Shown here in pieces: positions 9,703 to 19,507 of a DNA stretch of 64,000 bases. The DNA is from a virus. Under the pieces are notes generated by a model, which worked only from the letters and a program-made list of their open reading frames with translations, did no database searches and was not told where the DNA came from. Made by a program: the position numbers and the translations under genes. Positions within the stretch are counted from its first letter, which is position 1. Each line of letters begins with the position of its first letter. The stretch lies in the IMG/VR virus record IMGVR_UViG_3300049427_000004, positions 114,867 to 178,866 of that record; one strand, given 5' to 3'.

Positions 9703-10456
9703 ACAAGAGTTAATTGATCAGTCTCTTCTAAATAAGACATTCGATGAAAATAATTATGGGACTATTCTTAGAGTCCTAGCCAAACATTATTTCTCAATTG
9801 GCATGGATCAACAACAGGTCAAGGATACTTTGGTTTCTCATATAAGAGTTCGAGTAAAACAATACATACATAAGGAATGGAATAATCGTATTGATTATGC
9901 AGTAAAATCCGTAAAAAAATATGGCTATGAATTGGTTGATATTCGTGAGGTCATTATTACCATGAGTGAATTAACCACTCTTAAAAGCATCAATGACAAT
10001 GATCTTGAGAAAATTGCATTTGTATATCTAATTTATGGTAAGATATTTAATCAAATAAAAAAGACAAACGACAATTGGGTAAACATTAAAATTAAAGAAG
10101 TACTGGTTGATGCAAAAATAAATAAAGGCTATAAATCAACAAGAGAACAACAAAGAGCCTTGCGAATATTAAATGAGCTAGGAATATTGAGAAGTTCAAG
10201 GAAAGTGGATAACACCAGTGAGCGAGTGTGTTTTATTGATGAAGCAAGTGAGCCTGTAATCAAGATCAGTGATTTCAGGGATTACGTTCTAGAATATTTA
10301 AAATGGAAAGGTGAAAATGTAGGTAGTTGTGAATCGTGTTTCAAGCTAATTCAAGTGCAAAGTAATCGGAAAAAATACTGTAACATTTGCTGGAAAGATA
10401 AGTGGAAACAGTATAATGCAGAAAAACAGAGAGAATATAGAAACAAAAAATTGTAA
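9683..10456 (+). CDS. Hypothetical protein with C-terminal zinc ribbon, coupled to YonO (track start 9662; TTG9683 fits the RBS)
   Basis: GGAGG at 9669; CESC...YCNIC followed by a basic helix; overlaps the yonO stop. Confidence 0.75.
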   Translation: MKVVLNEQELIDQSLLNKTFDENNYGTILRVLAKHYFSIGMDQQQVKDTLVSHIRVRVKQYIHKEWNNRIDYAVKSVKKYGYELVDIREVIITMSELTTLKSINDNDLEKIAFVYLIYGKIFNQIKKTNDNWVNIKIKEVLVDAKINKGYKSTREQQRALRILNELGILRSSRKVDNTSERVCFIDEASEPVIKISDFRDYVLEYLKWKGENVGSCESCFKLIQVQSNRKKYCNICWKDKWKQYNAEKQREYRNKKL

Positions 10457-10613
10457 TTCGTGTATTTTTAGAAATAGCTATTAAACCATTGCAAACACTA
10501 GCTTTTGAACAATGTTCGGAATTTACTAGTATGAGGAGAAAAACGTTATTATATAAGACTTTTTCAAATCAAACCACAAACCAAAAACAAAATCAAAGGG
10601 AGAAAATAAAAAA

Positions 10614-10937
10614 ATGAATAAACAAGAACTAATAAATAAGGTTGTAGAACTATCCGAACTTACAAAGAAAGATTCCACTAAAGCAGTAGATGCAGTATTT
10701 GATGCAATTACTGAGGCACTAGCATCTGGCGACAATGTGAAAATAATCGGTTTCGGAAACTTCGAAGTTCGTGAACGTGCTGCTCGTAAAGGACAGAATC
10801 CTAAGCTGTTGAAGCAACTTAAAGAGCAAGGTGTAGATGTAGAAACTGCCAAAGCACAAGCTGCTATTGATATCGCATCGAGTAAAGCTCCTGCATTCAA
10901 ACCAGCTAAAAATCTAAAATCGCAAGTTAATGGTTAA
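10614..10937 (+). CDS. hup: HU family DNA-binding protein (YonN-like) with arm insertion
   Basis: [10 protein letters not shown]...[18 protein letters not shown]...KAPAFKP HU signature. Confidence 0.92.
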   Translation: MNKQELINKVVELSELTKKDSTKAVDAVFDAITEALASGDNVKIIGFGNFEVRERAARKGQNPKLLKQLKEQGVDVETAKAQAAIDIASSKAPAFKPAKNLKSQVNG

Positions 10938-11053
10938 TACATATAACTAAAATATAATTATCCTCATACATATATCAATAATTTTTTATAGTGGATTGAA
11001 CTCTGATTAAGGGTCTCTCCACTCCCCTATTCTACCTTAAATGAGAAAGGTAA

Positions 11054-12376
11054 TTGCCGATGAAAAAAATCTATGTGCTCGATACAAATGTCTTGCTTCA
11101 CGATCCAAATGCCTTGTACTCATTCGGTGAAAATGAAGTTATCATTCCTTCAGTAGTATTGGAGGAAATCGACTCAAAAAAGAAACTCATGGACGAACTC
11201 GGTAAGAATGCTCGATATGTGTCTCGTCAATTAGATGGACTCAGAGAAAATGCAAAATTACATATTGGTGCTCCTCTTCAAAATGGAGGATCATTGAAAA
11301 TCGTTAGACATAGCAAAGAATCAATTGTGTTTGAAGTTTTCAATGAAGTTAATAATGATAACGCAATAATTTCAGTAGCAGAAGCCTTGACAAATGAACT
11401 CCCCGAACAAAAAGTAGTACTTGTGTCCAAAGATGTGAATGTTCGCATTAAAGCTGATACTGTCGGTGTTACTGCTGAAGATTATGAGTATGATAAATTG
11501 GTCACAACCGAAGATGATTTGTATAAAGGATATACGGAAATTTTTGTTGAAGACAACTTAATTGATCGCTTCTATAAAGACAAGTGCATTGAAGTTGATG
11601 ACAGATTTATTAACTACTACGACAATCACTTTATTATTCTTAAATCCCATACTTTTGAAGGAAAAAGAGCTGTAACTAGGAAAGTCGGTAGTCAACTTGT
11701 TGAATTAGTATTCTATAAAAAAGATATGAAAGTGTTTGGTTTAACACATAACAATGTTGAACAACTAATGGCACTCGAATTATTGCTTGATGATAGTGTA
11801 GATTTAGTAACCTTATCAGGGAAAGCAGGTACAGGTAAAACACTGTTATCACTTGCAGCAGCGCTACATAAGAAGATGGACGAACAATTATACAATAAGG
11901 TTCTAGTAGCTCGACCAGTCGTTCCAATGGGTAAGGATATTGGTTATCTGCCTGGCGAAAAGGAAGAGAAACTCCGTCCGTGGATGCAACCAATCTATGA
12001 TAATCTTGAACACTTGTTTGGATGTAAAAGTGATATTGAACTTAATGAAAAACTCCAAGGTTATGAGGATATTATTCAAGTTGAAGCTTTGACCTACATC
12101 CGTGGAAGATCGATTCCTAGACAATTCATGATTATTGATGAGGCTCAAAACTTATCTCAACATGAAGTTAAAACCATTGTTACACGCATGGGGGTTGGAA
12201 GTAAGATTGTACTTGTAGGAGATCCGTATCAAATAGACAATCCATACTTAGATATGTACTCCAATGGTCTCACTCATATCACGGAAGCTATGAAAGACCT
12301 CAAAAATGTTGGACATATTTCTCTCACGAAAAGTGAGCGTTCAAGATTGGCACAGCAAGCAGCTGACCGCCTATAA
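11054..12376 (+). CDS. phoH: PIN-PhoH family protein
   Basis: YVLDTNVLL PIN motif; GKAGTGKT Walker A; IIDEAQN; GDPYQID. Confidence 0.93.
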   Translation: MPMKKIYVLDTNVLLHDPNALYSFGENEVIIPSVVLEEIDSKKKLMDELGKNARYVSRQLDGLRENAKLHIGAPLQNGGSLKIVRHSKESIVFEVFNEVNNDNAIISVAEALTNELPEQKVVLVSKDVNVRIKADTVGVTAEDYEYDKLVTTEDDLYKGYTEIFVEDNLIDRFYKDKCIEVDDRFINYYDNHFIILKSHTFEGKRAVTRKVGSQLVELVFYKKDMKVFGLTHNNVEQLMALELLLDDSVDLVTLSGKAGTGKTLLSLAAALHKKMDEQLYNKVLVARPVVPMGKDIGYLPGEKEEKLRPWMQPIYDNLEHLFGCKSDIELNEKLQGYEDIIQVEALTYIRGRSIPRQFMIIDEAQNLSQHEVKTIVTRMGVGSKIVLVGDPYQIDNPYLDMYSNGLTHITEAMKDLKNVGHISLTKSERSRLAQQAADRL

Positions 12377-12411
12377 TGAATTCTAAGCTCAAATACATAT
12401 ATCCTCTCATT

Positions 12412-12436
12412 GACAGGAGACCACTCCTGTCTTTTT
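12412..12436 (+). terminator. Intrinsic terminator
   Basis: GACAGGAG-acca-CTCCTGTC-TTTTT. Confidence 0.75.
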
Positions 12437-12476
12437 GTTTGTCGTAATACCAAAAAATCTTAGGGAGATGTTTTAT

Positions 12477-12632
12477 ATGTCAGACAATAAGCAAAAGGAA
12501 CTAAATAAAATCAAAGAGGATTTGTTTGCACTGTATCCTAATGCAATTAGCATTTCCTTTACTGTTGAAGGTGATAAAATCACAGTCTCACCAAAAGAGA
12601 AGTATGTGGCAACACCTTCTGATGAGGAGTGA
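12477..12632 (+). CDS. Small hypothetical protein, 51 aa
   Basis: GGGAG RBS, ATG12477 in frame with track ORF 12435. Confidence 0.6.
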   Translation: MSDNKQKELNKIKEDLFALYPNAISISFTVEGDKITVSPKEKYVATPSDEE

Positions 12633-12636
12633 TTAG

Positions 12637-13863
12637 ATGACTCCTTCTGATCTTAAAAAAGTCGGTTCAGAAACAATTAAGGATTTTAAAATTCGCATCT
12701 GTTCTAATAAGGACATTTATTCTCTAACTTGGGAAGAAATTAAAGATCTCATTAATAAGCAAACTGGCGACAGCTATGGTGAATCAACATATCGTAAGTG
12801 GTGGGCTGCGTTTTCCGATGGATTGGAATTAGGCAAGTCATCCACTATTAATGATGATGAAATTTTAAGCGAATATGAACTCAAAAAGATTGAAGCAGAA
12901 ACTGCTGTTAAGAAAGTTCAGGCAGTTAAAGTGGAATACAATAAACTGCTCCGTGAAGATGCTAGAACTAAAGTTATGTGGGATATGGTTAAGGATAGTA
13001 TAGATAAATTTCCTACTCCTGATTTCCAATCAGACAACTTCTTCTCTGTTCAGGATGATAAGGTTGGTATCCTTACATTTGCAGACATTCACTTCGGAAA
13101 GCACTTCCAAAGTATCAATAATTCATACAACGAAGAACTTGCAAAACAAAGTATGCAAGAATTGCTTTATGAAACTCTAAACATTGTCCATCAACAAGGA
13201 TTCGGTCATATTCATATCATCAATGGAGCAGATTCCATTGAAGGCATGAGCCTTCGTGTAAGCCAACTTCAATCAATTTCTATGGGTTTCATCGACCAAA
13301 CAATTAAATTCAGTAAATTCATTGCTTCGTGGCTAAATGAATTAAGTAAACATGTGAAAATTACATATCACCATGTTCCAGCGAGTAATCATTCTCAAAT
13401 CAGACCTTTCAATAGTAGTCGCAGTGAGTTTGTCTCAGAAGACTTGGAAAAAGTGATAATGAATTATGTCCATGATGTACTTGAATACAATCCCAATGTT
13501 AAAGTTCCACTTTATGAATCTGATATTGTTAAAATCGATGTCCTTGGCTACAATGTTTGGGCTTTGCATGGTCATCAGTTAAAGGGTAGAAAAAATGCTA
13601 TCCGTGACTTATCGCTGCTTCATCGTTCTTTCATTGATTATCTATATGTGGCTCATTTCCATCATGCAGGTTCATTAACAGTGGGTGAAGGAGTCAATAA
13701 TGATATCGAAATGATACAGATTCCTAGTGTCATGGGAGCAGATGAGTATAGTGACAGCCTTATGACTGGAGCAAAAGCTGGAGCTTTGTTTTCAGTGTTT
13801 GAAAGAGGTAAAGGAAGAACGATTGAGTATAAAATCAAACTACGCAACAAGAGTTCGCTATGA
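12637..13863 (+). CDS. Calcineurin-like metallophosphoesterase (YonJ-like)
   Basis: ADIHFG, GADSIEG, SNH, LHGH, HFHH motifs; 408 aa. Confidence 0.85.
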   Translation: MTPSDLKKVGSETIKDFKIRICSNKDIYSLTWEEIKDLINKQTGDSYGESTYRKWWAAFSDGLELGKSSTINDDEILSEYELKKIEAETAVKKVQAVKVEYNKLLREDARTKVMWDMVKDSIDKFPTPDFQSDNFFSVQDDKVGILTFADIHFGKHFQSINNSYNEELAKQSMQELLYETLNIVHQQGFGHIHIINGADSIEGMSLRVSQLQSISMGFIDQTIKFSKFIASWLNELSKHVKITYHHVPASNHSQIRPFNSSRSEFVSEDLEKVIMNYVHDVLEYNPNVKVPLYESDIVKIDVLGYNVWALHGHQLKGRKNAIRDLSLLHRSFIDYLYVAHFHHAGSLTVGEGVNNDIEMIQIPSVMGADEYSDSLMTGAKAGALFSVFERGKGRTIEYKIKLRNKSSL

Positions 13864-14093
13864 ATCCCACCTCCCCTCCTGTTAATTTGATAATCCTCAA
13901 TGTTAATCAACAAAAATCTAAAGAAGATATTATTGAAGATTACATAGAAATTCTTAAAAGCTGTAAGACGGGTACAGAATTTTATCAGTGTCTATCCATG
14001 TTATACGATGATGCAGTAATAAAAACAGGCGAGTTGATTCTTGAAAAACAGATTCAAAAGAACGTTGAAATTTTAGAAGAGTTGAGAAAATAA
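13860..14093 (+). CDS. Hypothetical protein, 77 aa
   Basis: ORF overlapping the phosphoesterase stop. Confidence 0.55.
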   Translation: MNPTSPPVNLIILNVNQQKSKEDIIEDYIEILKSCKTGTEFYQCLSMLYDDAVIKTGELILEKQIQKNVEILEELRK

Positions 14094-14169
14094 TACTTCT
14101 CGGTACGCCTATCCTGTCTTAAGGATATGCCAATGCCTCCATAACACACCAACATTGGAGGAATAAATA

Positions 14170-14763
14170 ATGAAAAAATTGTTCTATGACGATATCGAAG
14201 CAAAATCACTTATGCTCTTCGATAAAATATATTTGGAAAATCTAAAAGACCGAAAAATTATCCTAAATGGAGAAATTGAAAGCTCAATTATTGATACTGC
14301 TGGAATGATGATTAAGAAATTCAATAAAGAAGACGAAGCCAAATCACTTGAAGATCGTGTGCCTATAGAGTTGCATATTAATTCATACGGAGGATCTGTT
14401 TATGATGGGTTCTCGCTTGTATCAACTATCGTAACCTCAAAGACTCCTGTTCATGGCTATTGTGATGGATACGCTATGAGCATGGGGCTTGCTATCTTCA
14501 CAGCTTGTCACAAACGCTTCTCCTACCCTTTTACAAGTTTCATGTATCATGAGGTTGCAACTGGTGTAATGGGGAAAAATGAAGAGATTGAACGTGTTGC
14601 TGCGGAGAATAAACGAATCCAGAAAAAGTATGATGGTCTTATGATAAAGAACACAACTCTCACTCAAGCAAAACTTGATAAAACAAGGAAATCACTTAAG
14701 GACTGGTACTTCGATTCTACAGAAGCAAAAGAATTTGGTTTAGTTCATGAAATTATTGAATAG
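14170..14763 (+). CDS. clpP: ClpP-like serine protease
   Basis: INSYGGSV, AMSMG (catalytic Ser), FMYHE (His), DWYF motifs. Confidence 0.88.
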   Translation: MKKLFYDDIEAKSLMLFDKIYLENLKDRKIILNGEIESSIIDTAGMMIKKFNKEDEAKSLEDRVPIELHINSYGGSVYDGFSLVSTIVTSKTPVHGYCDGYAMSMGLAIFTACHKRFSYPFTSFMYHEVATGVMGKNEEIERVAAENKRIQKKYDGLMIKNTTLTQAKLDKTRKSLKDWYFDSTEAKEFGLVHEIIE

Positions 14764-14784
14764 CATCCATTAAAAATCCAATTT

Positions 14785-14980
14785 CATTGCCTCTCAACAA
14801 TGCACTTTGTCTAATGACAATTGCTGCCGCAATACCTATTTGACCTCGATCGAGGCATCTGCCACAAGGCCATCCTTATACATCTGATCAGATGTTGTTT
14901 TGAACGATATCCACGCTAAGTGGCGCAAGATTAAGTGTCTGAATCCATCTGACTGAGACTTCTAGAATCTCAGTCTTTTT
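14785..14980 (+). ncRNA. Putative structured non-coding RNA or palindrome cluster ending in a terminator
   Basis: Serial hairpins (ATTGC-tgcc-GCAAT, CCTCGATCGAGG, GCC-acaa-GGC, ACATCTGATCAGATGT, CCAC-gctaa-GTGG), then GACTGAGA-9nt-TCTCAGTC-TTTTT; no good + strand ORF. Confidence 0.4.
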
Positions 14981-15121
14981 GGTTTGCACATTTTCATCGT
15001 GCAAAGTTTCGTGAGTTTCATCCTGCTTCAAGGAAGTATAATCGCCTGTGTGATTCTCCCTATAATACAGGCTCCTCACGTTACCTATAGGGAAAATGTT
15101 ATTTGGGAGAAGGTGTTCATC

Positions 15122-16045
15122 ATAGTTACAAAAAAAATAGAAAAAGAAAATCCTAAGAAAAAACCGTGTATAACTTGTTCAAAAGAAAAATACATAGATC
15201 GAAATTATTATGTGAGCTATTCTCAACTGAATGCCGATGGTCGAATTTCAGTCTGTAAAACTTGCTTAGGAAATATGTTCGATATAGATAATCCACATGA
15301 ATCCATAAATAGTATTATGCGTCAAATAGATAAGCCCTATGTATCTCACCTAGTAGATACTTCAATTGAAGAGAGTCCTACAAACGTACTAGGTAAATAT
15401 ATGAAAAATATTGGTATGCGCCAATATCAAGATATGACATGGAACGATAGTCAGGTTAAAACCGAAAAGATAAATCTAAATGAGAATACAAACACTCGTA
15501 ACGCATCGGATTATCAGCTAACAGATGAGTTTGTCGATAAATGGGGATTTGGATACACTCAAGACGAATATCGTCAATTTGAACGAAAATATAACCTTCT
15601 TAAAAACAACTATCAAGAAAAAACAGCAATGCATACTGAAGCTCTTCTTACATATGTTCGTTATCGTGTAAAAGAAGAGCTGGCAACTGCTCAAGGAGAT
15701 TCTAAAGCTGCTAAAGAATGGGGAACACTTGCAAAAGATGCTGCTACAGCTGCTAAAATAAATCCCTCTCAACTATCGAAATCTGACTTGTCAGATGGAC
15801 TTGACACTTTTGGTCAATTAGTTAGAACTGTTGAGCAAGCCGTAGACATTATTCCTATCCTACCGAAATTCAAAGAGAAACCGCAGGATCGTGCAGATTT
15901 TACAATTTGGTGCTATGTGAACTATGTAAGAGACTTGAAAGGATTACCTCCTGCTGAGTATAAAGAAATATATGAATTCTACGAAGTCAGAAAGAAAGCA
16001 TATGAGGACGCTGCTAATCAAGGTGATGAAGATGGCATCTCATAA
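15122..16045 (+). CDS. YonG-like protein, probable terminase small subunit (track start 14984; ATA15122 fits the RBS)
   Basis: N-terminal CITC...CKTC Zn finger; directly upstream of and overlapping TerL. Confidence 0.65.
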   Translation: MVTKKIEKENPKKKPCITCSKEKYIDRNYYVSYSQLNADGRISVCKTCLGNMFDIDNPHESINSIMRQIDKPYVSHLVDTSIEESPTNVLGKYMKNIGMRQYQDMTWNDSQVKTEKINLNENTNTRNASDYQLTDEFVDKWGFGYTQDEYRQFERKYNLLKNNYQEKTAMHTEALLTYVRYRVKEELATAQGDSKAAKEWGTLAKDAATAAKINPSQLSKSDLSDGLDTFGQLVRTVEQAVDIIPILPKFKEKPQDRADFTIWCYVNYVRDLKGLPPAEYKEIYEFYEVRKKAYEDAANQGDEDGIS

Positions 16046-17768
16046 TAATTTTCAATCTGACAATGCCAAACACACCAAAAATAGGCTCGATACTCGTAAT
16101 CCTGATTTCAATCCAACAGTCTCTTCTCGTGGAGTGATGGAACTTGACAGCTTTAATAAAAATCTTGATAAATACAGTGATTTTATTGCGTGGGCAAGGT
16201 TCTATCCCGACTTGTGGTGGGATTTAATTACTCCAGCCACTGGTGGGATTAGACTCGACCTTGATCAGCGAGTATATCTTAGATGCGTAGCAAGATTTAT
16301 TTCGAACTACATGGTCTTTCCTCGTGGCTACGGAAAGACGCTTCTAGAGGTCATGGCTATGGTGCATGCTTGTGTATTCCATGCCGACATAGAAATCACA
16401 ATGACAGCTCAAACAAGAGAGAACGCTGCCAAATTAGTAGATGAGAAATTTCGTGAAATTTTACGGTTCTATCCAATGATCCAGAATGAGATACAAGGGA
16501 AACCATCATTTTCGAAAGACTCAGTAGAAATTGTGTTTACATCAGGTGCTAGAATTGATGTCATGGCAAATGCACAAAGTTCTAAGGGTGCGCGACGAAA
16601 AAGACTCAATTGTGAAGAAAGTAACTTATTGAATACTGCTTTATTTGAGGATGTTCTAGAGCCAATTGTCAACGTACCAAGAAGAACTATTGGTAAAGAG
16701 GCATTAATAAACCCAGAAGAATTAAATGGACAAATTAACTTTATGACTACTTCTGGATTCAGAGGTTCTTCTGAATTTGATAGAAATATTAGTATGATTG
16801 ATGAAATGACAGATCTTAAAGGAAAAATCGTCATTGGCTCCGACTGGCAATTAGCTGTTAATTTTGGTCGCGGTGAGCCTAAATCAGCTATACTCGACAA
16901 AAAATCTAAGCTCTCCCCCACTTTTTTTGCGATGAACTACGAAAGCAAATGGGTTGGAGCTTCTGATTCAGCACTAGTTAGTATAAACAAAGTTATTGAT
17001 CTAAGAACATTGAAGTTACCTGAATTAAAAGGCGACAATAAATCCACCTACATCGTTAGTGTTGACGTTGCCAGATCACTCTCTCAGAACAATAATAAAA
17101 CGTCAATCTCAGTTATAAAGATAAATAAAACAAAAGATCATAAAGTAAGCAAGATCTCTTTAGTTAACCTAATTAATTTACAAAACGGATTGAACTTCAC
17201 AGGTCAAGCAATTGCAGTGAAAAAAATAAAAAATAGGTATGGAGCTAAAGCAGTGGTTGTCGATGTGAATGGTGTCGGTTCAGGTCTTCGTGATGAACTC
17301 CTTAAAGATACTATTGATCCCAATACTGGAGAAAGTCTTGGTTGCTGGGATACGATGAACACAGAAGATCAACCAGAAATCGAAAATTCAGAAAAAGTAG
17401 TCTATGCGTTAACTGCTCAAGGAATAAACCACGAGATCATTGTGAATTTCATCGATATGATTGAGAGTCATAAGTTACAGCTCTTAATTAAAAATAATGA
17501 TAACAATTATGATGTAAATGATACTAACTATTTCGAAAACAATGTTATGCCACACGTTCAAACTGACTTGTTGCTGGAGGAAATTGCAAACCTCAAACTT
17601 AAACAAACACAAAATGGTAAGTATACAGTTGAGCAATTAACTAAGCGCGTTGATAAAGATAGGTACAGTGCGCTTGCAATGGGCTTATGGTACATCAAGG
17701 AGTTTGAAACCAAACAAGCAGAAGAAAATGATGAAGATTACATGTTCTTTATGCAATCAGGCTTTTAG
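16032..17768 (+). CDS. terL: Terminase large subunit (YonF-like)
   Basis: PRGYGKT Walker A, VSVDVAR nuclease motif, DKDRYSAL C-terminal motif; AAGGTG RBS before ATG16032. Confidence 0.92.
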   Translation: MASHNNFQSDNAKHTKNRLDTRNPDFNPTVSSRGVMELDSFNKNLDKYSDFIAWARFYPDLWWDLITPATGGIRLDLDQRVYLRCVARFISNYMVFPRGYGKTLLEVMAMVHACVFHADIEITMTAQTRENAAKLVDEKFREILRFYPMIQNEIQGKPSFSKDSVEIVFTSGARIDVMANAQSSKGARRKRLNCEESNLLNTALFEDVLEPIVNVPRRTIGKEALINPEELNGQINFMTTSGFRGSSEFDRNISMIDEMTDLKGKIVIGSDWQLAVNFGRGEPKSAILDKKSKLSPTFFAMNYESKWVGASDSALVSINKVIDLRTLKLPELKGDNKSTYIVSVDVARSLSQNNNKTSISVIKINKTKDHKVSKISLVNLINLQNGLNFTGQAIAVKKIKNRYGAKAVVVDVNGVGSGLRDELLKDTIDPNTGESLGCWDTMNTEDQPEIENSEKVVYALTAQGINHEIIVNFIDMIESHKLQLLIKNNDNNYDVNDTNYFENNVMPHVQTDLLLEEIANLKLKQTQNGKYTVEQLTKRVDKDRYSALAMGLWYIKEFETKQAEENDEDYMFFMQSGF

Positions 17769-17785
17769 GAAAGGAGGTTAATTCA

Positions 17786-19351
17786 ATTACTACAACTCCA
17801 AAAAAACGTGGAAGACCACCAAAAGCACAAACTACAGAGAAAGTGCAATCATCTGCCGAACCTTTTGACATGACCTATGAGTTATGTGCGCTAACAGATT
17901 TTATAACTCAGTATGGATCTGGTGCATCGCTTACAGATATTAAATTGACTGATCTTTATAATTATCTTAGGAATCCATATAAGTACATAAAGCAGCTACG
18001 TCTTGCATCCAAATATTTAACCAATAAACACGGGATAGTGAAAGATGTTTTGAAGGCTTTTAAATCTCTTCCTACGCTTAACTATCACCTCGCATGGTCT
18101 TCATTAGAAAATCCTAAACAAATAAAAAAATACGAACAAAAAATTCACGATTTTCTAGAAGAAATTAATGTGAAAAAATTTGTGCGTGATGGGTTATACG
18201 AAAGCGGAGAAGTTGGAACCGTAGTCAGTTGTCTAAGAAAAGGAAAGTATATTCAATTCTTAGATTTGGATGATATAAGAATAAATAAACAAGAAAATGG
18301 TAAATGGATTGTTGAATATGATTTATCTGTCATTAAAGGCAACTTACCCACAAATGCAAATACCTACGATCTTGCAGCGGTGATTGAAGTTCTTCCTGAT
18401 GAGGTAACAACGAGTGCGTATCTACAGTTTGTTAAAAAAGGTGAATCATTTAGATATGTGCGATTAAAGAATTGTGATGTTACAGCCATTGATAACAACC
18501 GAAATACTCCATACGGCTTACCTTTAAGTTTGGGTGCATGGACTTCATTAATTCAGAAAGAAATAATCTCAAGAGTTGAACGCAGTCAAGCTGATCAACT
18601 AACTAAAAAGTTGCTAATACTTTATGCAGGGAATATCGGTGGAAAAGATAATGGAAAACCAGCACCAAAACCTCTGATTGAAGGATATTTTAAGGAAGTA
18701 AGCAATCTTATTGTCAAGAAAGAACAAAACCAATCTAAAAATCCTTCAGATGCAAGTGGTACTGGTGTTATCGCACTTCCTGATTTCTTTAAGTTAGAAG
18801 GACTAGATGTAAAAGTCGAGATGTTTACTGACGACCTATACAAAAAAATTAACGCAGATATTTTCATGAATCTTGGTGTTTCAGAGGCACTTATTTACGG
18901 CTCTGGAGCAAACTACTCGTCTGCTAGCATGAACAGTGAAAAATTCTTTAGGTACATATATACGTCAATTGAGGAATTTGAAAGAGTAATAAACAGTTAC
19001 GTTAAATCTATGCTTCCATTCGGATTGAGTTGCAAGTTCTATTTTGATAGAACAACACTTCTCGATAAAGACAAGTATATCGACAAGTGTAAGGATTTTT
19101 ACATGCAAACAGGAATCTTTTCACCATGGGCTGAATCTTTACTTGGAATTCCTTTTCAATATGCTCTTGGGTTGGCTCAATACGAGCAAGAAGTATTAAA
19201 GATATCTGAGTTAATCAAACCTCCACAAAATGCTTTTACTCAAAGCGGAAGTGAATCAGGCGGAAGACCAGAAGACACTTCAGGTAAAAGTGAAAACACA
19301 AACAAAAGCAAGAGTTCTGGTGGTAATAAATCACCTAGCCCATCTGACTGA
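17786..19351 (+). CDS. Portal protein (YonE-like) with N-terminal AT-hook; probable ATT start
   Basis: Follows TerL; ~520 aa; low-complexity GGRP C-tail typical of portals; AGGAGG 8 nt before in-frame ATT17786. Confidence 0.8.
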   Translation: MTTTPKKRGRPPKAQTTEKVQSSAEPFDMTYELCALTDFITQYGSGASLTDIKLTDLYNYLRNPYKYIKQLRLASKYLTNKHGIVKDVLKAFKSLPTLNYHLAWSSLENPKQIKKYEQKIHDFLEEINVKKFVRDGLYESGEVGTVVSCLRKGKYIQFLDLDDIRINKQENGKWIVEYDLSVIKGNLPTNANTYDLAAVIEVLPDEVTTSAYLQFVKKGESFRYVRLKNCDVTAIDNNRNTPYGLPLSLGAWTSLIQKEIISRVERSQADQLTKKLLILYAGNIGGKDNGKPAPKPLIEGYFKEVSNLIVKKEQNQSKNPSDASGTGVIALPDFFKLEGLDVKVEMFTDDLYKKINADIFMNLGVSEALIYGSGANYSSASMNSEKFFRYIYTSIEEFERVINSYVKSMLPFGLSCKFYFDRTTLLDKDKYIDKCKDFYMQTGIFSPWAESLLGIPFQYALGLAQYEQEVLKISELIKPPQNAFTQSGSESGGRPEDTSGKSENTNKSKSSGGNKSPSPSD

Positions 19352-19507
19352 TTTAGGATGTGAATATAATTAAAACTCAAGAATGGAATGTTTTCAATCA
19401 AAATAACTTTGATAAACAACAGAAAGAGTTAAATAGTAAAGCCACCTTTCTTGAATTTGGAGGTTCTTTAAATAAAGAAACTCTAGAAGAAGGAGGTGAA
19501 AAGGAAA

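Noticed and set aside
10480-10535. Loose similarity to 60995-61040 (AAACCA...AGCTT...TGTTC)
   Set aside because: Too degenerate and AT-rich to support without statistics.
10526-10900. 124-aa antisense ORF over HU, and similar shadow ORFs (e.g. 21527-22000, 46041-46418, 16469-16921)
   Set aside because: Antisense to well-supported, codon-biased genes.
14785-15075. Possible tRNA or tmRNA in the hairpin cluster
   Set aside because: No cloverleaf, TTC-arm or CCA end recognisable.
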